A stretch of DNA of 64,000 nt from the human T2T-CHM13v2.0 reference genome, Homo sapiens. The position numbers were made by a program, and so were the translations under genes. This document shows, piece by piece, positions 1 to 15,615 of the stretch. The notes beneath the pieces were generated by a model. The model saw only the letters and a list, made by a program, of their open reading frames with translations. It had not been told where the DNA came from and ran no database searches. The stretch lies in NCBI RefSeq assembly GCF_009914755.1, contig NC_060925.1, one strand, 5' to 3'. How positions within the stretch are numbered: position 1 is the stretch's first letter; each line of letters begins with the position of its first letter.

Positions 1-479
1 TGACCAGAGTAGTTGAGGGTGACCACCTAAAGGTAAGCCACACTCCTAAGAGGATTGCAAAGCTCAGTGGCTCTAGGTAGCAGGATAGACAAGGCACAGT
101 CCTACAATTAATATTCAGTTAATTTTATCACAAAGCATTTCCAGTGTGTTTCTCATGTCCTCAGCCAAAATGATGATCTGCCAACACCCCCTTCAATCTC
201 AATTTTGCTTATGTCTAATTAATTAATTGTTAATAAATTAATTATGTCTAATTAATCCACATTACGACAACATAAAATACTAAGATCAGGAGCCCCTTCA
301 CCCCAAATATAATTTGCCTTCGGTCCACCATAGACCTACCTGTAGGTTATATTGAACAGGTATACAGATGAGTAAAAAGGTTCAGAAAGGTGCAACTGCT
401 TGCCCAAGTGGAATAGCGTCAGATCTAGAATCAGAAACCAGAAATCTGAGTCCTGCTGGACAGGAGTACTGCATCCTGT

Positions 480-666
480 ATTCCTTTGCTAAATTCAAAC
501 TTGCCTGATCACCACACTTACCTGGAGCCTAGAATGTGTTATTAAAGGTGCAGACTCCCAGGGTCCATTAGGAAACACTGAATCAGAATTTCCGGGGATC
601 GGGCACCTGGGATTAGCTTATGTAACCAGCGTGTCCATTCCTATCAGCAAGCAAGTTTGGGAGACT
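480..666. mobile_element. MER5-like hAT-Charlie fragment
   Basis: Motifs tgcagactcccagg...actgaatcagaat...aagtttgggagact. Confidence 0.5.
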
Positions 667-672
667 TTGTGA

Positions 673-1125
<453 letters not shown>

Positions 1126-1405
1126 TAGATTCCATAAAAGTTAAATAATTTGCCTAAGTCTACTTAGCTAGTAAGGGTGGAGAAAGTTCATAGTTGTGGA
1201 CTTAGAAGTCAGTGTCTCTCAAATTTTAATGGAATCAGAATTCTCTGGGCTTACAAATGCGTAGTTGGAAGTCCAGAGGTAGGGTCTTTGGTGTAGTAAG
1301 AAAAACAGCTCAAGGATAATACAAGGAGTATCATTTACTTGTATATGCCCACTCTGCCATTCCTAATAATGTCTTCAACCTGAAACAGTCTTACCTGATA
1401 CTTAA

Positions 1406-1764
<359 letters not shown>

Positions 1765-2559
1765 TGCTTTATTTTTTATTTTTTTAAAGGCAAGGAAACT
1801 TATTCTAGAACCCCTCACAGCAGACTTTCTTTCACTCCTTTTGGCCATACTTATATCACTTTCCCAGGCATAAAAGGAAAGCGACTTCAAAGCTGGTGGA
1901 GGTGGGAGGAGGATGATCTACAACTCACCTGTAATACATGGCTGTTGGATGGAGGGTGGGTACTGAACAAAATAGGCATTCTCTCAGTGAGGAGGAAGCT
2001 GCAGGGAGGGTTGTTGGGTAGGCAAACAATAGCATCTAGATTGCTGTGATGATGATGTGTCTGAAACAGCTTTGTAAACTGACACATGCAATGAAAATGT
2101 CAGGCATATGATAATTACTTAGCTCCAGGCCCCAAGCTCTATATTAAGGTAGATTTAATACTTGGAGGACACCCTTGCATTTCCCATTACTTCATCCCCT
2201 CACTATTATAATTACCTATATCTGTAGGAAATATTAGTTTGACCACACTTGGCATGTAGCTGGAATGAATGGAAGCAATCAAACATTGGGGGCTTGCAAG
2301 GAAATGCAGAGAATCAAAGAGGGTGGGGTACCAGACATTGTTTGGACTTATTGGTTGAATTATTCTGAATTAAGGTGATCATAAAACTCTTCAGTTTTCC
2401 TGCCAAGAAAGTTGAGAACTGCAGGGAGCAGCTAGGTAGCAGGCAGGGACAGGAACATAGCTGAGAATTCCTGCCAAAAATGTCACCTGGGTAAGCCAAG
2501 TCCTGGGCTGTGACAGACACAGAATGTATAGATAATCAAGAAGTCAAGAAGCTGTAGTG

Positions 2560-3176
<617 letters not shown>

Positions 3177-3357
3177 TCAGGAAAGTTAAGACTGAGTGAG
3201 AAGAAGCAACAATTAAAATTTCTCTTGGGAAGATGAGTTGCGCTGACAGTACATTTAACAGATTCATGGAAGTAAATTATAGTGCTGCAAAAAGCATGAA
3301 AACTATGTTAATAGTTGACAAAATGAATAACGATATGTGGTCTATAACCAGTCATAA

Positions 3358-4003
<646 letters not shown>

Positions 4004-4655
4004 AATTTTTATTCTCCTCTTAAATCTATTTCCCAAAGTTTCTACAGCAAATATTACTCATGCACATTTTTAAAGTTATTTTAGAAGTTCAGATAATTTT
4101 GTACTTTTCTGTAGGATTGTACATGTTAATTTATTCAACATATTTAATAAGCATCTGCTATGTGCCAGACACTGTTTTAGGTGCAGGGGATGTCATATAA
4201 ATAAGACAGTGGTCCAGGCAAAAACTTTGGACTAGGGAGATAACAGTGGAGGGAGAAGAGGTCAGATTTGATATACATTTTATGGGTAGAGTCAATAAAA
4301 CTTGTTAAGGGATTAGATATTGGGGATTAAAAAACAAGGAGGAATCCAGATGACTCCTAGATTTTTTGATTCAAAACTGGTTAGGTGGTATTATATGCAA
4401 AGAATAGACAGACTGAAGGAGAAACAAGCTTTTGTGGGTAGGGGAAGGGGAGGAGATGATGAAAGTGAAGTGGTCTGTTTTTGACTTTAGTTTGAATAAC
4501 CTGCTAGGCATCCAAGTGTTTATGTCAGATAGGCAGTTTTATGTGCAGACCTGAAGCTTGGGTCAGATCTAGTGGTATAAATTTAGAATTCATTAGCGTA
4601 TAGATGGTATTTAAAGCTATCGGATTGGGTGAGATCACCAAAGAAGAGTTGAGGT

Positions 4656-4845
4656 CAGTCCTGTCAAATAGAACTTTCTACAATGATATAAGTGTTTTGT
4701 ATCCATGTTGTATACTATCCACATGTACCTTTTAAGCAATTGAAATATGGCTAGTGTGATTGAGGAAATGAGTTTTATTTCATTTAAATTATTTTAAATT
4801 TAAATAGACACATGTGGCTAGTGGCTACTGTATTGGACAGTGCAG
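4656..4845 (+). mobile_element. MER3 (hAT-Charlie)
   Basis: cagtcctgtcaaatagaactttct...catgtggctagtggctactgtattggacagtgcag. Confidence 0.85.
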
Positions 4846-5692
4846 GATAGAGAAGAGTCTGGAGTCACTAACATTCAGAGGTCTAGTAGAGGAAATTGAG
4901 CCAGCAAAGAAGATGGAAAAGAAAAGGGGTGATAAGAGGAAAATTAGCAAAGAATGGTGTCCCCAAAAACCAAAAAAGGAAAATAATTGAAGAATGAGAG
5001 TGCAGTCAGCTATGTCACATGCTGTTGACAGGTGGGATCAGACATTTTGGGAACAGGTTAGTCACTGGAGATCTAAATAAGGTAGTGATGGAAGGCAGAT
5101 GGAAATGAGAAGAAAGAATGGGACATGAAAAAGAAAAAAAAAACAGTCTCCAGTTATCGCAGGTTTTTCTTTGAGGGGAATGGATAAATTGGGTGGGAGA
5201 TGGAGGAGCATTTGGAATTGAGGAACCTTATTTTTTTAAGATGGGAGTTAATTGACATATTGATGTTAAAAAGAGGCGGTAGAGGAAAATTGCTGTGGGA
5301 GGGAAAAAGAATGAGCACAGGAATAAATATCTTCAAAAGATGGAATGGTTTGGAACCTGGAGCACAAGTGGGGAAGTTGGACTTTGATAGGAGGAACGAC
5401 CCTCATTCTGTCGTAACAGAATGGAGAACAGGGATGAATGTAGATATAGGGATGTTTGTAGAATTTGTGGTGAGTCAATGAGAGTGTGGAGAGTGTACAG
5501 TGTGGGAAGCTTGAAGGAAGACAAGGTATGAAATAATCATCTTAAAGAGTAATTGGCACACTCACCAGGACCAGTGTAGGATTTCTGGGCAGATTATAAT
5601 GCCCATTTGAGGCTTCTGATAGCAAATATAATGAGAAACTAGTCAGCATAATTTTATATATTTTCCCCCCAGTGGAAAAGGCAGATAGTTGG

Positions 5693-6012
5693 TGCTGTGG
5701 TTTGACTGTGTCCTCCAAAAAGCATGTGTTTGAAATGTAACCTCCAGTGGAACTTTGTTGGGCGGTGGGGCCTAATGGGAGGTGTTTAGTTCACGAGGGC
5801 TCCACCCTTATGAGTGGAATAGTGCCATTATGAAAGGGCTTGATGCTGCAAGTTCCATCTCTTGCTCTCTTTGTGTTCTTTTGCCCTTCTGCCTTCTGCC
5901 AGCCTTGGATTTTGTACTTCCCAGCCTCCAGAACCATGAGGAATAAATTTCTGTTCATTATAAATTACCCAGTCTCAGGTATTCTGTTATAGTAGCACAA
6001 ATATACCAAGGC
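5693..6012 (+). mobile_element. MST (MSTD-like) MaLR LTR
   Basis: tgctgtggtttga...aataaatttctgttcattataaattacccagtctcaggtattctgttatag. Confidence 0.8.
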
Positions 6013-6429
6013 AGTTGACTAGAGTTGGAGCATTGATGGGTGAATACAAAGGAGAGAGAAGACGCTCTTCAAGGGAGTGAGGTCTGTGGAATTTCATGTA
6101 ATCCTAGTAGAAAATGAAGACAGGAGGGTGGGGGTGGGGGAGTGGATGAATAGTAGCATGGTAGTAAGATCTGTGGATTGGAGGCCCCCAGAAGATTGAA
6201 AAATTGCAATGAAAGAACTAGAGTAAGTGAACTGTAGACATAAGAGATGGTCAGAGAGTGGAATGCTTGAAGTGAATGTTGTGTTATTACCAGTAGTAGT
6301 ATTTAGAGTATCACTGGGAATGGATGAAAAATATCACTGCATCCTGAAATCACTGAGGGGTAGAGAGGAAAATAATTAGCTAGGAGCTCATGTGTTCAAA
6401 GAGTAAAAAATTGGAGAGTGGTAGCAATT

Positions 6430-6896
6430 AAAAAGATCATTGGGTATGAGCTGGATATCTTCCATCTGTCTCTCCAGATTCATTCTCCATGCTTTCCCAC
6501 TTCACTCAGTTCCATGTTAGCTGAGACTTAGGGACTAAATCAACCGGTTTCCTTGCCCTCTGATTCTTGTTGAGTTTGGCCAGTGATGATCTTCAGCAGA
6601 AGATCTGATGGAGGGAAGGCTGTGTCCCTGAACTGAAGGTTTCTGCTATTTTCGATATGGCCTTTTTTATACATATATTTTCTTCAGGGTCCCCGCATTT
6701 CCTTTCTTTGTTCCTTCAGATCTAGGGGGTGGTACCAGCTCCACTGTTACTAGCCCTAGGTTACTGCACCATCCCTTGTTCTTTCCCTACCACATTCACA
6801 CCTTTGTAAATAACCCCTTTATAACTCATCCTCAAATTAACCTGATACAAGTGTGCCACCTGTATGCTATTGGGGATACAGATACTGACTGATACA
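6430..6896 (+). mobile_element. LTR33-like ERVL LTR
   Basis: cacctttgtaaata...tcctcaaatta...gtgtgccacctg...ctgactgataca terminus. Confidence 0.65.
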
Positions 6897-8191
6897 AGGT
6901 GATAAAACTACATGGCAAGTACTTTAAAGGAACTGGAGTTTGAAAGAAGGAGGAGAATGGTGTGGAAGCAGCAATAGAGAGAAAGAGGGATGCCCTCCCC
7001 GCCTCCTGTGGGAGTGAGAAACAAAAGGCTTCTATTTGAGAGACATACTGGGGAAGTGTGAGAGAGCAAGCCTTCAGCTTAAGAAGGGAAGTGAAGAAGA
7101 CATTCAAAGAGAAGCTTAAGATAGAGGGAAAATTTGCAGGTTATAGCAGGATGCCCAAAAGGTGCTGAAAGGCTTTGAAGGGTGGTGTGGAACAGAGGTT
7201 GGGTCAGATTGGGGGAACTATAGAGATAGGAATTAGAATGATAATGGATGATCTGAGAGGCGTCTGAGGATTTAAGTAAATAGGAATGTAGGCAGGCTTT
7301 CAATTCATTTTAGTTCAGTTCATATCTATTAAATGCTGCACACTAAGCTAGGCACTGAGGGGTACAGTGGTAAGGTAATAACAGTTAACACCCAAGCAGT
7401 GACTTAACAATGAGCCTGACTGTATAAACTGCATGCCTCTTGACAGGGCCTCCTGGAGAAAAGTCATTCAACCAGTTCTTTTATGGGTTGCTGGGAGTGT
7501 GGGCTGCTAGGGATCCTGGCAGCTAGGTCCCTTCCCAGCAGAGTTCAACCATCGTCAATCTTAATAAGGGTAGAAAAGTATAGATAAAAAAGAATGAAGC
7601 TTTTATGCAACAACCAGGGACACCACTTTGGTCAGCATCATGCCTGTCCATGACAAGGTAGGATAAAGCTGGAAGGGATTTCTTAGTCTGGGTCAGAGAC
7701 AGAACTGGGACCATGTGACCACCAGGAGTGATGGTTACACACTTTGCTGTTAAAGATCATCTAGAAGATTGGGCAGGATGGGTGATAAAAATTGTCCTAG
7801 TACAACCCAAATAATCTTAGTTATAGTCAAGATTTTTTTTCCTTTTTAAATATACTAATGTATATTTGAGTCACAACCTTTTCCTGGATGAAGCCGCTAC
7901 CTAGGACTCTTCAAATGCTAGCCCTTGAAGGCTAAGGCAACTATTTAATACTTACCATAATGGGCATTCATTGTGTATTTATTATATGCCAGGTACTCCA
8001 AACATGGATTAGCTAATTAGACACTTCTGATACCCATTTGACAAACGAGGACACTGAGGTACAGAGAGATCATATCATTTGCTCTGGGTTACAAAGCCAG
8101 GAATTGGTAGAGTCAGGGTTTAATCATAGTCAGTCTGACTCTATAGCCCACACTTGTATCTTCTCCATTATCATTAAAACTATTTATTGTA

Positions 8192-8485
8192 GGCTGGGTG
8201 CAGTGGCTCATGTCTGTAATCCCAGCACTTTGTGAGGCCAAGGCGGGCATCACTTGAGGCCAGGAGTTCAAGACCAGCTGGCCAACATAGTGAAAACCTG
8301 TCTCTACTAAAAATACAAAAATTAGCTGGGTGTGGTACTGCATGCCTGTAGTCCCAGCTACTAGGGTGGCTGAGGCATTAGAATCACTTGAACCCGGGAG
8401 GCAGAGGTTGCACTGATCAGAGATGGCACCATTGCCCTCCAGCCTGGGTGACAGAGCAAGACTCTGTCTTAAAACAAAACAAAAC

Positions 8486-8518
<33 letters not shown>

Positions 8519-8523
8519 AAAAC
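8192..8523 (+). mobile_element. AluS with (AAC)n tail
   Basis: Full Alu; tail converted to aaaac/aac repeats at 8471-8523. Confidence 0.93.
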
Positions 8524-8854
<331 letters not shown>

Positions 8855-9040
8855 CTAGCTACTGTGCTATATATTAAATAAAACAAGATAGAAATATTAT
8901 TTACTATGTCTGATTTTTCATTTATACAGTTAAATAGAAGGACAATGATTTTTTAAGTGGTTTTTTTAACATTTCTGTCAAGGATCGCTTTTCCTTTTTC
9001 TTGCTTTTTCTTCAAGTACATTCAAAAAGGATTCTCTCTC

Positions 9041-9083
<43 letters not shown>
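9041..9083 (+). repeat. (GATA)10 microsatellite
   Basis: Ten perfect GATA units plus GAT. Confidence 0.98.
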
Positions 9084-9729
9084 TGACTCAAGCCTTGTTT
9101 AAGATGAATTTAGTGAAATTACTAAGACACAACAATTGCATTCTTTCTCTTTTTCACTTTATGTTGATTTATCCCAGATACATCTTTTCAGACATGTTTA
9201 TAAATCCCTTGTCCTAACCTTGTACACCCCAAATGCTCCATCAGTTCCAAATTTAACAAAACATGAAAATATTATTTAAAAGGACATTCCCGGACTAGCA
9301 TGGGAAGCATCATTCATACCACATTATAATGTTTATTAATGACAACCACAATAATAGCAACTTCTTTAATTTTCAAAGTGACCATTTTTTCAGTTTTTGA
9401 CCTATAAGTAAAGTAAAGGCAATTATGTTTCTGCACTAAACATTGCTTATCTTTGAAATCTACTAAATTAATTTTCTCCTCAGCCGAGTCCTCCCTCCCC
9501 ACAAAGCCTGTGTCTGGCATCCTCATTACGTTTTTATTTTCTCCTTCATTGTGTACATTGCCCTTTTTTCTCGAATTATTGTCTGCCGCCACAGAGCTTT
9601 TTGTTTTTAATAGAAACACACAAATTGTGTCTCTTCATTTTTTATGTATTCATTATTCCTTAACTTTATATGAAGAAAAAGCATGGCATACCTACTGTGA
9701 AAATCATATGCATAATAACACACACTGCC

Positions 9730-9850
9730 TACCATTTAGTAAGCATGTACGTACTTTCTCAACCACCTCTCACAACCATCCTATGGTCTTAAGTACTATT
9801 ATTATCCCCATTCTGTAGGTGAGGAAATGGAGGTTTTACCATGTTAAATG
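9730..9850 (-). mobile_element. MIR fragment
   Basis: ctcacaaccatcctatgg...attatccccattctgtaggtgaggaaatggagg. Confidence 0.7.
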
Positions 9851-12190
9851 AACACTGCTGGTGCTTTGACTTAACTTCCTGTGGATGTACCGTGGCCATC
9901 TAGTGACTTCAGGAATATAGTGATGTTGCTTAAGGGAATGTATTTAACAACACACGTTTTACAGTAAGAAGGAGGAGACAGCAAAATGAAAATTACGGAT
10001 ATGCTACTTAAAGGTTATTATTATTTTCTCTTGGAATTTTTGTGCAAATAACCAATAACACGTTACAACAGTAGAGAGACAGCTCTAGCTATGCCTCTTA
10101 ACCTGGTTTCTTTTCAGCATTTCCATGACTTATTTAATATCCTGTTCGTCTTTCATCAACATTAGGCTGATGAATCTTCATGAATACCTTCTCAATTTGT
10201 TAACAAAACAGGTTTGTTAATTTACTGACAGACTTTTTTGATATAAATCTCAAGTGACTTAGCTATTTCGCAAGCCTAAGATTCCCATCTCCTCTAAACC
10301 ATCACTCCAGTGGGCTCTTTACTGATTATATTTGTTTGGGATAGGTTGAAATATAACCTAAATGAATCTGAGAAAGTATTCACACTTTGTAATACTGGAT
10401 TAATATTTGCATATGGAACTGTGGAATAACTGTGTCTTAACTTAGAAATGTAGAAGAATCTCTAATTTCCCTTTCTGAAAAGATGCTAATAATCTAAACA
10501 AACTCTTTTATGGTCAGTTTCTTACATCATTTATCCTTTCCTGAATCTTGAACCACTGACTCTGTCTCACTGTGTCTTTACCCTTAGCCTATAAAACTAG
10601 CTCAAGTCTTTCCCATTAAAAAATAAAAGCAAAAATCAATAAAACCCTTCCTCAATCAGTCTGGCTCAGCAAAGCTCCTTTAAACTGCCAGACAGTCCAG
10701 CCACATTAAAATGGCACTCCAGTCTTTAAACCACACCTTTTATTTCTTCGCCAGAGTGCCTTTCCACTCCCATTCTATTTTTACGCAGTTGGACTATGTC
10801 TTGGAACTGAAGCCTTCTACTGAGCACAGAGCAAAGTTATATTTCAGATGTTGAGAGGTGATCATTCTGAACATGCAGTCAGGCAGCCTATACTTGGTGA
10901 ATTATATGGATGTTCCTGTCAGCATATGGAGGAAGCATGGCCCTCCCAATGACTCAGAAGTCATATATTGACACAGACTTGCCCTAGAATGACACTGTCC
11001 TGTGCATGCTGGGTACCTCTATAATATACTGACCCAAAGAGTGTCTGAGAGCTTGGTTGAAAACTAACAGGAAGAGATCCTTTCTCTGATAAAGCTTGCA
11101 AATAAATGGGGCATATTAGGTTTGTCTTATCTTGGCCAACCTTCCCTGTCAGCTACCACTAGGTGGCTCTCCACTGATCTTTCTAAAAGGGTTGAGGGAC
11201 CACTCAAGAGGGGGGATCTTCCAGACTTAGGTCTCACAAGGAGAACCATTCTCTTTACTCCCCTGATGCCTTCTCTCATCCTTGAATTTCTTTCTTCCAG
11301 ACCTCAGTCTGGTGGCCTTGGCTACCTCCTTCAGAAATATTCAAGCACTTCCCACCAAAAAATGTAGACGTTTCATCTCGGTTTATTCTTCTGTATCACA
11401 ATGCCTAAGACTTCATCTGAGTGAGTACATCAGTAACTGGGGGTTTCAGCGGACTGTGAGCTCAAGCCCCATGAATAAGGTTGACGGTGAATCTGCCAAT
11501 GGTGGTTGAATTCTCATACCAATGTGAGAAGTGAGCTGTGTCACTTAGAATGTAAGCACTCGTTGTAATAAAAAGCATTCAATTTCCTCAGAGACAACAA
11601 AATCTAATCCTTTCTCTGTGAAATAATATTTTTTAAAGGAATTTTGGCTTTATTATATAAGAACAAGAGATTCCTGCTTTCTCTACTACTTTGAAGAATT
11701 AGAGCCAACTTTAGAATTTGTTGACTCTGAGTCTCTTACGGAAGTTTAGAATGGAAGGTGGGGGAGGGGGCGGTTGAATATTCGAGTTTAGTCTGCCAAA
11801 GAAAGGTGCCTGAAGTTTATAAGATTTACTGTTGCTGATTCATATGCTTCTTCAGATGTATTTGTTTATTGACCCCTTCCACCTCAGTTGATGTTCTGAA
11901 AGGGTAGGGCTTTGCCCAAACTCCAGCTGTGGCTAAGGTGTTTTCTGGTCCTTCTTCATTTCTACACCCAATTTGGACCCCTGACTCTCCAGGGAACAAG
12001 CTATCTATCTCATGCAACAGTGGCAGTTACTGACTGTGAGAGTGGAGATAGAGGGTACTATCTCTGGCGGCCCCAAGATCTGGTTATTCTAAGTTTTAAC
12101 CAACACATTCAAGAGAAGTTCTGAACTTTGAGAAAACTTTTCCAACCTAAGATACAGAGCACTCTGTTTTTCCGGCTGTTCAAGATGCAT

Positions 12191-12570
12191 TTCTTTTCTT
12201 TTCTTTTCTTTTTTGAGGCGGTTCTTCTTCTCTCTTACCCAGGTTGGAGAGCAGTAGCATGATTGTAGCTCACTGCAGCCTTGAACTCCTGGGCTCAAGT
12301 GATCCTCCCACCTCAGCCCTCTGAGTAGCTGTGACTACATGTGCATGCCACCATGCTTCGCTAATATTTTATTTTATTTTATTTTATTTTTTTGTAGAGA
12401 CATGGTCTTACCATGTTGCCCAGCCTGGCTAATCTTTAAAAAAATTTTTTTTGTAGAGACAGGGTCTCACCATGTTGCCCAGGCTGGTCTCAAACTCCTG
12501 GCCTCAAGAGATCCTCCCACCTCGGCCTCCCAAAGGTCTGGATTACAGGCATGAGCCACTGTGTCCAGCC
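12191..12570 (-). mobile_element. AluJ with duplicated central segment
   Basis: The ttttgtagagac...accatgttgccca segment occurs twice (~12390 and ~12450). Confidence 0.88.
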
Positions 12571-12591
12571 AAGATGTGCACTATATGTATG

Positions 12592-12652
12592 CTGGGCAGT
12601 AGAAGAAGAACTGTGGACAACCCTGGGCAGTAGAAGAACTGTGAACAACCCT
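12592..12652 (+). repeat. Two-copy ~30-bp tandem duplication
   Basis: ctgggcagtagaagaagaactgtggacaacc followed by ctgggcagtagaagaactgtgaacaacc. Confidence 0.9.
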
Positions 12653-12666
12653 AGTCTTTTGGACTC

Positions 12667-13716
12667 TGTTGGGGCTTAGAAAACAATGCCCTGGAATATG
12701 GTACTTTGGCATGCCTAGTACCTTGAATTAAAGAAAATTGAAAGGCTTCGGAAATAAGACTCAGAACCAGGGTCTCTCTCTGACCTTTCCCTGCCCTTTG
12801 TCTCTGGGATCCTCTTTCTTTCTGAAGCACAGGGAGGGACTCTGTCTCTGGAATTTCCTTATCTGACTAGTAAAGTTTTTTTACAAAAGAAATGCAATTG
12901 TCTTAAGACCCCCTCCCTAGGAATTTTATCAAATAACCAGGAAAGAGGCTGGGCGCCGTGGCTCACGCCTGTAATCCCAGCACTTTGGGAGGCTGAGGCG
13001 GGTGGATCATCTGAGGTCGGGAGTTCTAGACCAGCCTGACCAACATGGAGAAACCCCGTGCCTACTAAAAATACAAAATTAGCCAGGCGTGGTGGCGCAT
13101 GCCTGTATTCCCAGGTACTTGGGAGGCTGAGGCAGGAGAATCCCTTGAACCCAGGAGGCGGAGGTGTTGGTGAGCCAAGATTGCACAATGCACTCCAGCC
13201 TGGGCAACAAAGACTGAAACTCCGTCTCAAAAAAAAAAAATTAAAAATTAAAAAATAACCAGGAAAGATTACCACCGGATAAAAAAAGAGACTGGGAATC
13301 TTTGCCATGCTCAGACAGACTTTTCATTTATTCTTCTGAGGGCAGCTCCAAGAGATTTTCTGGCAGAATTTTTCTGTATAAGACAACCTTTGTTCACAGT
13401 GACGTTCTGCCCCTTATCTTCTGGCCACCTCTTCCAGAGTTCAGAGGAACTTTATTCCAGGCCATTGTTTTTTGACCTCATTCATTTCCCCTACACCCTG
13501 CTCCCCATCTCCTCTTCCCCTAGGAAGAAGAGTATATAAGCATCTGGACTTCACTGAGTTATCGGGTAACCACATTCCTGTGATTTCCCCCACCTCCAGC
13601 CCCCAGCTGGTTAAATAAACTGTGTATGCCCTTTTCTCCTATTAATCTGCCTGTTGTCAGTTCAGTTTTCAGCAAACCTTCAGAGGGCAAAGAAGAGTTC
13701 CCTGTTTGACCTTACA
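12667..13716 (+). mobile_element. MER34/MER39-family ERV1 solo LTR interrupted by an Alu
   Basis: Starts tgttggggcttagaaaacaat...atatggtactttggcatg; ends ttttcagcaaaccttcagagggcaaag...taca. Confidence 0.8.
12947..13252 (+). mobile_element. AluSp-like
   Basis: Perfect 16-bp TSD aaataaccaggaaaga at 12931-12946 and 13253-13268. Confidence 0.95.
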
Positions 13717-14232
13717 ACCTACTACTGCTACCCCAGCTCAGTCCCCTGAGAGTGGTACTCATGCCAATGGAATTAGTCATTGCTAGTCGTCATCTTAACT
13801 GTCGGATTCTTTCTGTGAAAGCCAGTGTTCTTAAAAAAGACCAGGCTATACTTGCTGTCTCATTTTCCCTCGTTCATTTTCATTTCCCAATTCACTGAAA
13901 TGTAACTTCTACCATAATTATTCTCTAATAACATCTGTATTTTCAAGTCCAAAGAATATTGCCTTTTTAAAAAATATATTATTATTTTTTTCTTTCCACA
14001 ATAAGACATCTGAAAGCAAGAATATTTCCTTTTCTTATCTTTCTTGTCTTCTCTTAGCCAACTGAAAAAAACCTTTTTTATGAAATTATTTTCTTCTGTT
14101 GACTTTTTTCTTTTCTTTTAGACAAGCATGTTGACATTGACATAATATACCATTTTCTTTGATTCTCCTCATACCACTATTGTTCTATCTTTATATTCTT
14201 CTTAGGTCTCTCTTTTTCTATCTACTTTCCTA

Positions 14233-14570
<338 letters not shown>

Positions 14571-14763
14571 CTTTTATTTATAAAATATATTCAGAAAAGT
14601 ACTTGAAATCATAAAACGGAAACGTGGGTACCCACCAGCTAGATTTTGCTGTATGTTTTTTTCAGGCTCTCACTTTCTTTTCGTCTAAGAAGCTTATTTA
14701 TCCCCTTTTGGTCTTTGCATTTCTAAGGATTCTTAGCTATGGATATCTTTCCTTTTTACTTTT

Positions 14764-15220
14764 TGTGGCAGATTAATAGTTGTCCCCAGAAAACTGTTCT
14801 CCCCTTCTTGCTGGTCACGTGTTCACTCAGCTGGCAACTACATTTCTTATCCTCCTCTGCAGTGAGGAGTGGTTTTGTCAGTAAGTGCTTGCCAATTAAA
14901 TATAACTAGGAGCAATGAATACAACTTTTGCCTTACTTTGTTAAAGGAAGATGGCTTGCCTTGGACTGCTTTCTTTCTCTTTCATGGACATGTCTGTGAC
15001 CAGCTGTGATGATGAAGATGGGGAAGACATCCTAGAAGAGGGTGGAACAACAAGATGGAAGGAACCTGGATCCTCTATGACCTGAATTTTAGAAAGGCAA
15101 ACCTAGAACAGAGCTGCTCTTTTAGTCTAGGCCTGGCTGTTAGGTGAGAGGAAGAGAAACATCTATTTTCTTTATGTCACTGGATTCTGGGATCTCTTAG
15201 CCTTTACTCTAACTAATACA
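14764..15220 (+). mobile_element. MLT1 (MLT1J-like) MaLR LTR
   Basis: Starts tgtggcag, contains ctacatttc...cctctgcagt, ends ctaactaataca, and is followed directly by MaLR internal-like sequence. Confidence 0.7.
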
Positions 15221-15564
15221 GAAATTGATACTTGGAAATGGAAAACTTCTAAAATCCAAAAACATAGTACTGCCTAAGCAGTCAGAAAATTGGCAGTGAG
15301 GAAACAGACCTCTCAGGCTGGGAAACTGTTGATCCTTGTTAGGATGTGATAAAACATTTGGTAAAAATGTTACCTATTTAACTTGGAAGGCTGATCATGT
15401 TCCTTCTGTAGTTGAATTCTAGGGGAAGCATTTGGAAGAGACCAGAATATAGATATATAATGGTTTCTCTTTGCTGCATTTAGCAAGGTTTTTCAAGAAA
15501 GCAATGAGCTCACATAAGAAATGATGGGTTTGCACGCAGGATGGAAGAAAGTAAAGAATGTACA

Positions 15565-15615
15565 CTCTATGGCCACACCACCCTGAATGCGCCTGATCTT
15601 GTCTGGTTTTGGAAG
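15565..15615 (+). pseudogene. 5S rRNA 5' fragment, tailless retropseudogene
   Basis: Matches the first 51 nt of human 5S rRNA (GTCTACGGCCATACCACCCTGAACGCGCCCGATCTCGTCTGATCTCGGAAG) with 9 mismatches, 5 of them CpG>TpG. Flanked by TSD aagaat(g/t)taca at 15554-15564 and 15613-15623. Confidence 0.88.

Larger units (their letters stand above)
4128..6420 (-). mobile_element. L2 LINE remnants interrupted by MER3 and an MST LTR
   Basis: L2 3' end motif ttcaacatatttaataagcatctgctatgtgccagacactg followed by purine-rich L2 body. Confidence 0.65.

Noticed and set aside
1-300. ALG14 promoter or exon
   Set aside because: By recollection ALG14 would start just left of the window on the - strand, but no exon or CpG island is visible here, so it is not annotated.
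9314-9818. Overlapping 101 and 121 aa ORFs in unique sequence
   Set aside because: No ATG-based coding signature, partly MIR-derived, and no recognisable homology.
15565-15615. Functional 5S rRNA gene
   Set aside because: Only the 5' ~40% is present, with CpG decay and no box C or terminator.
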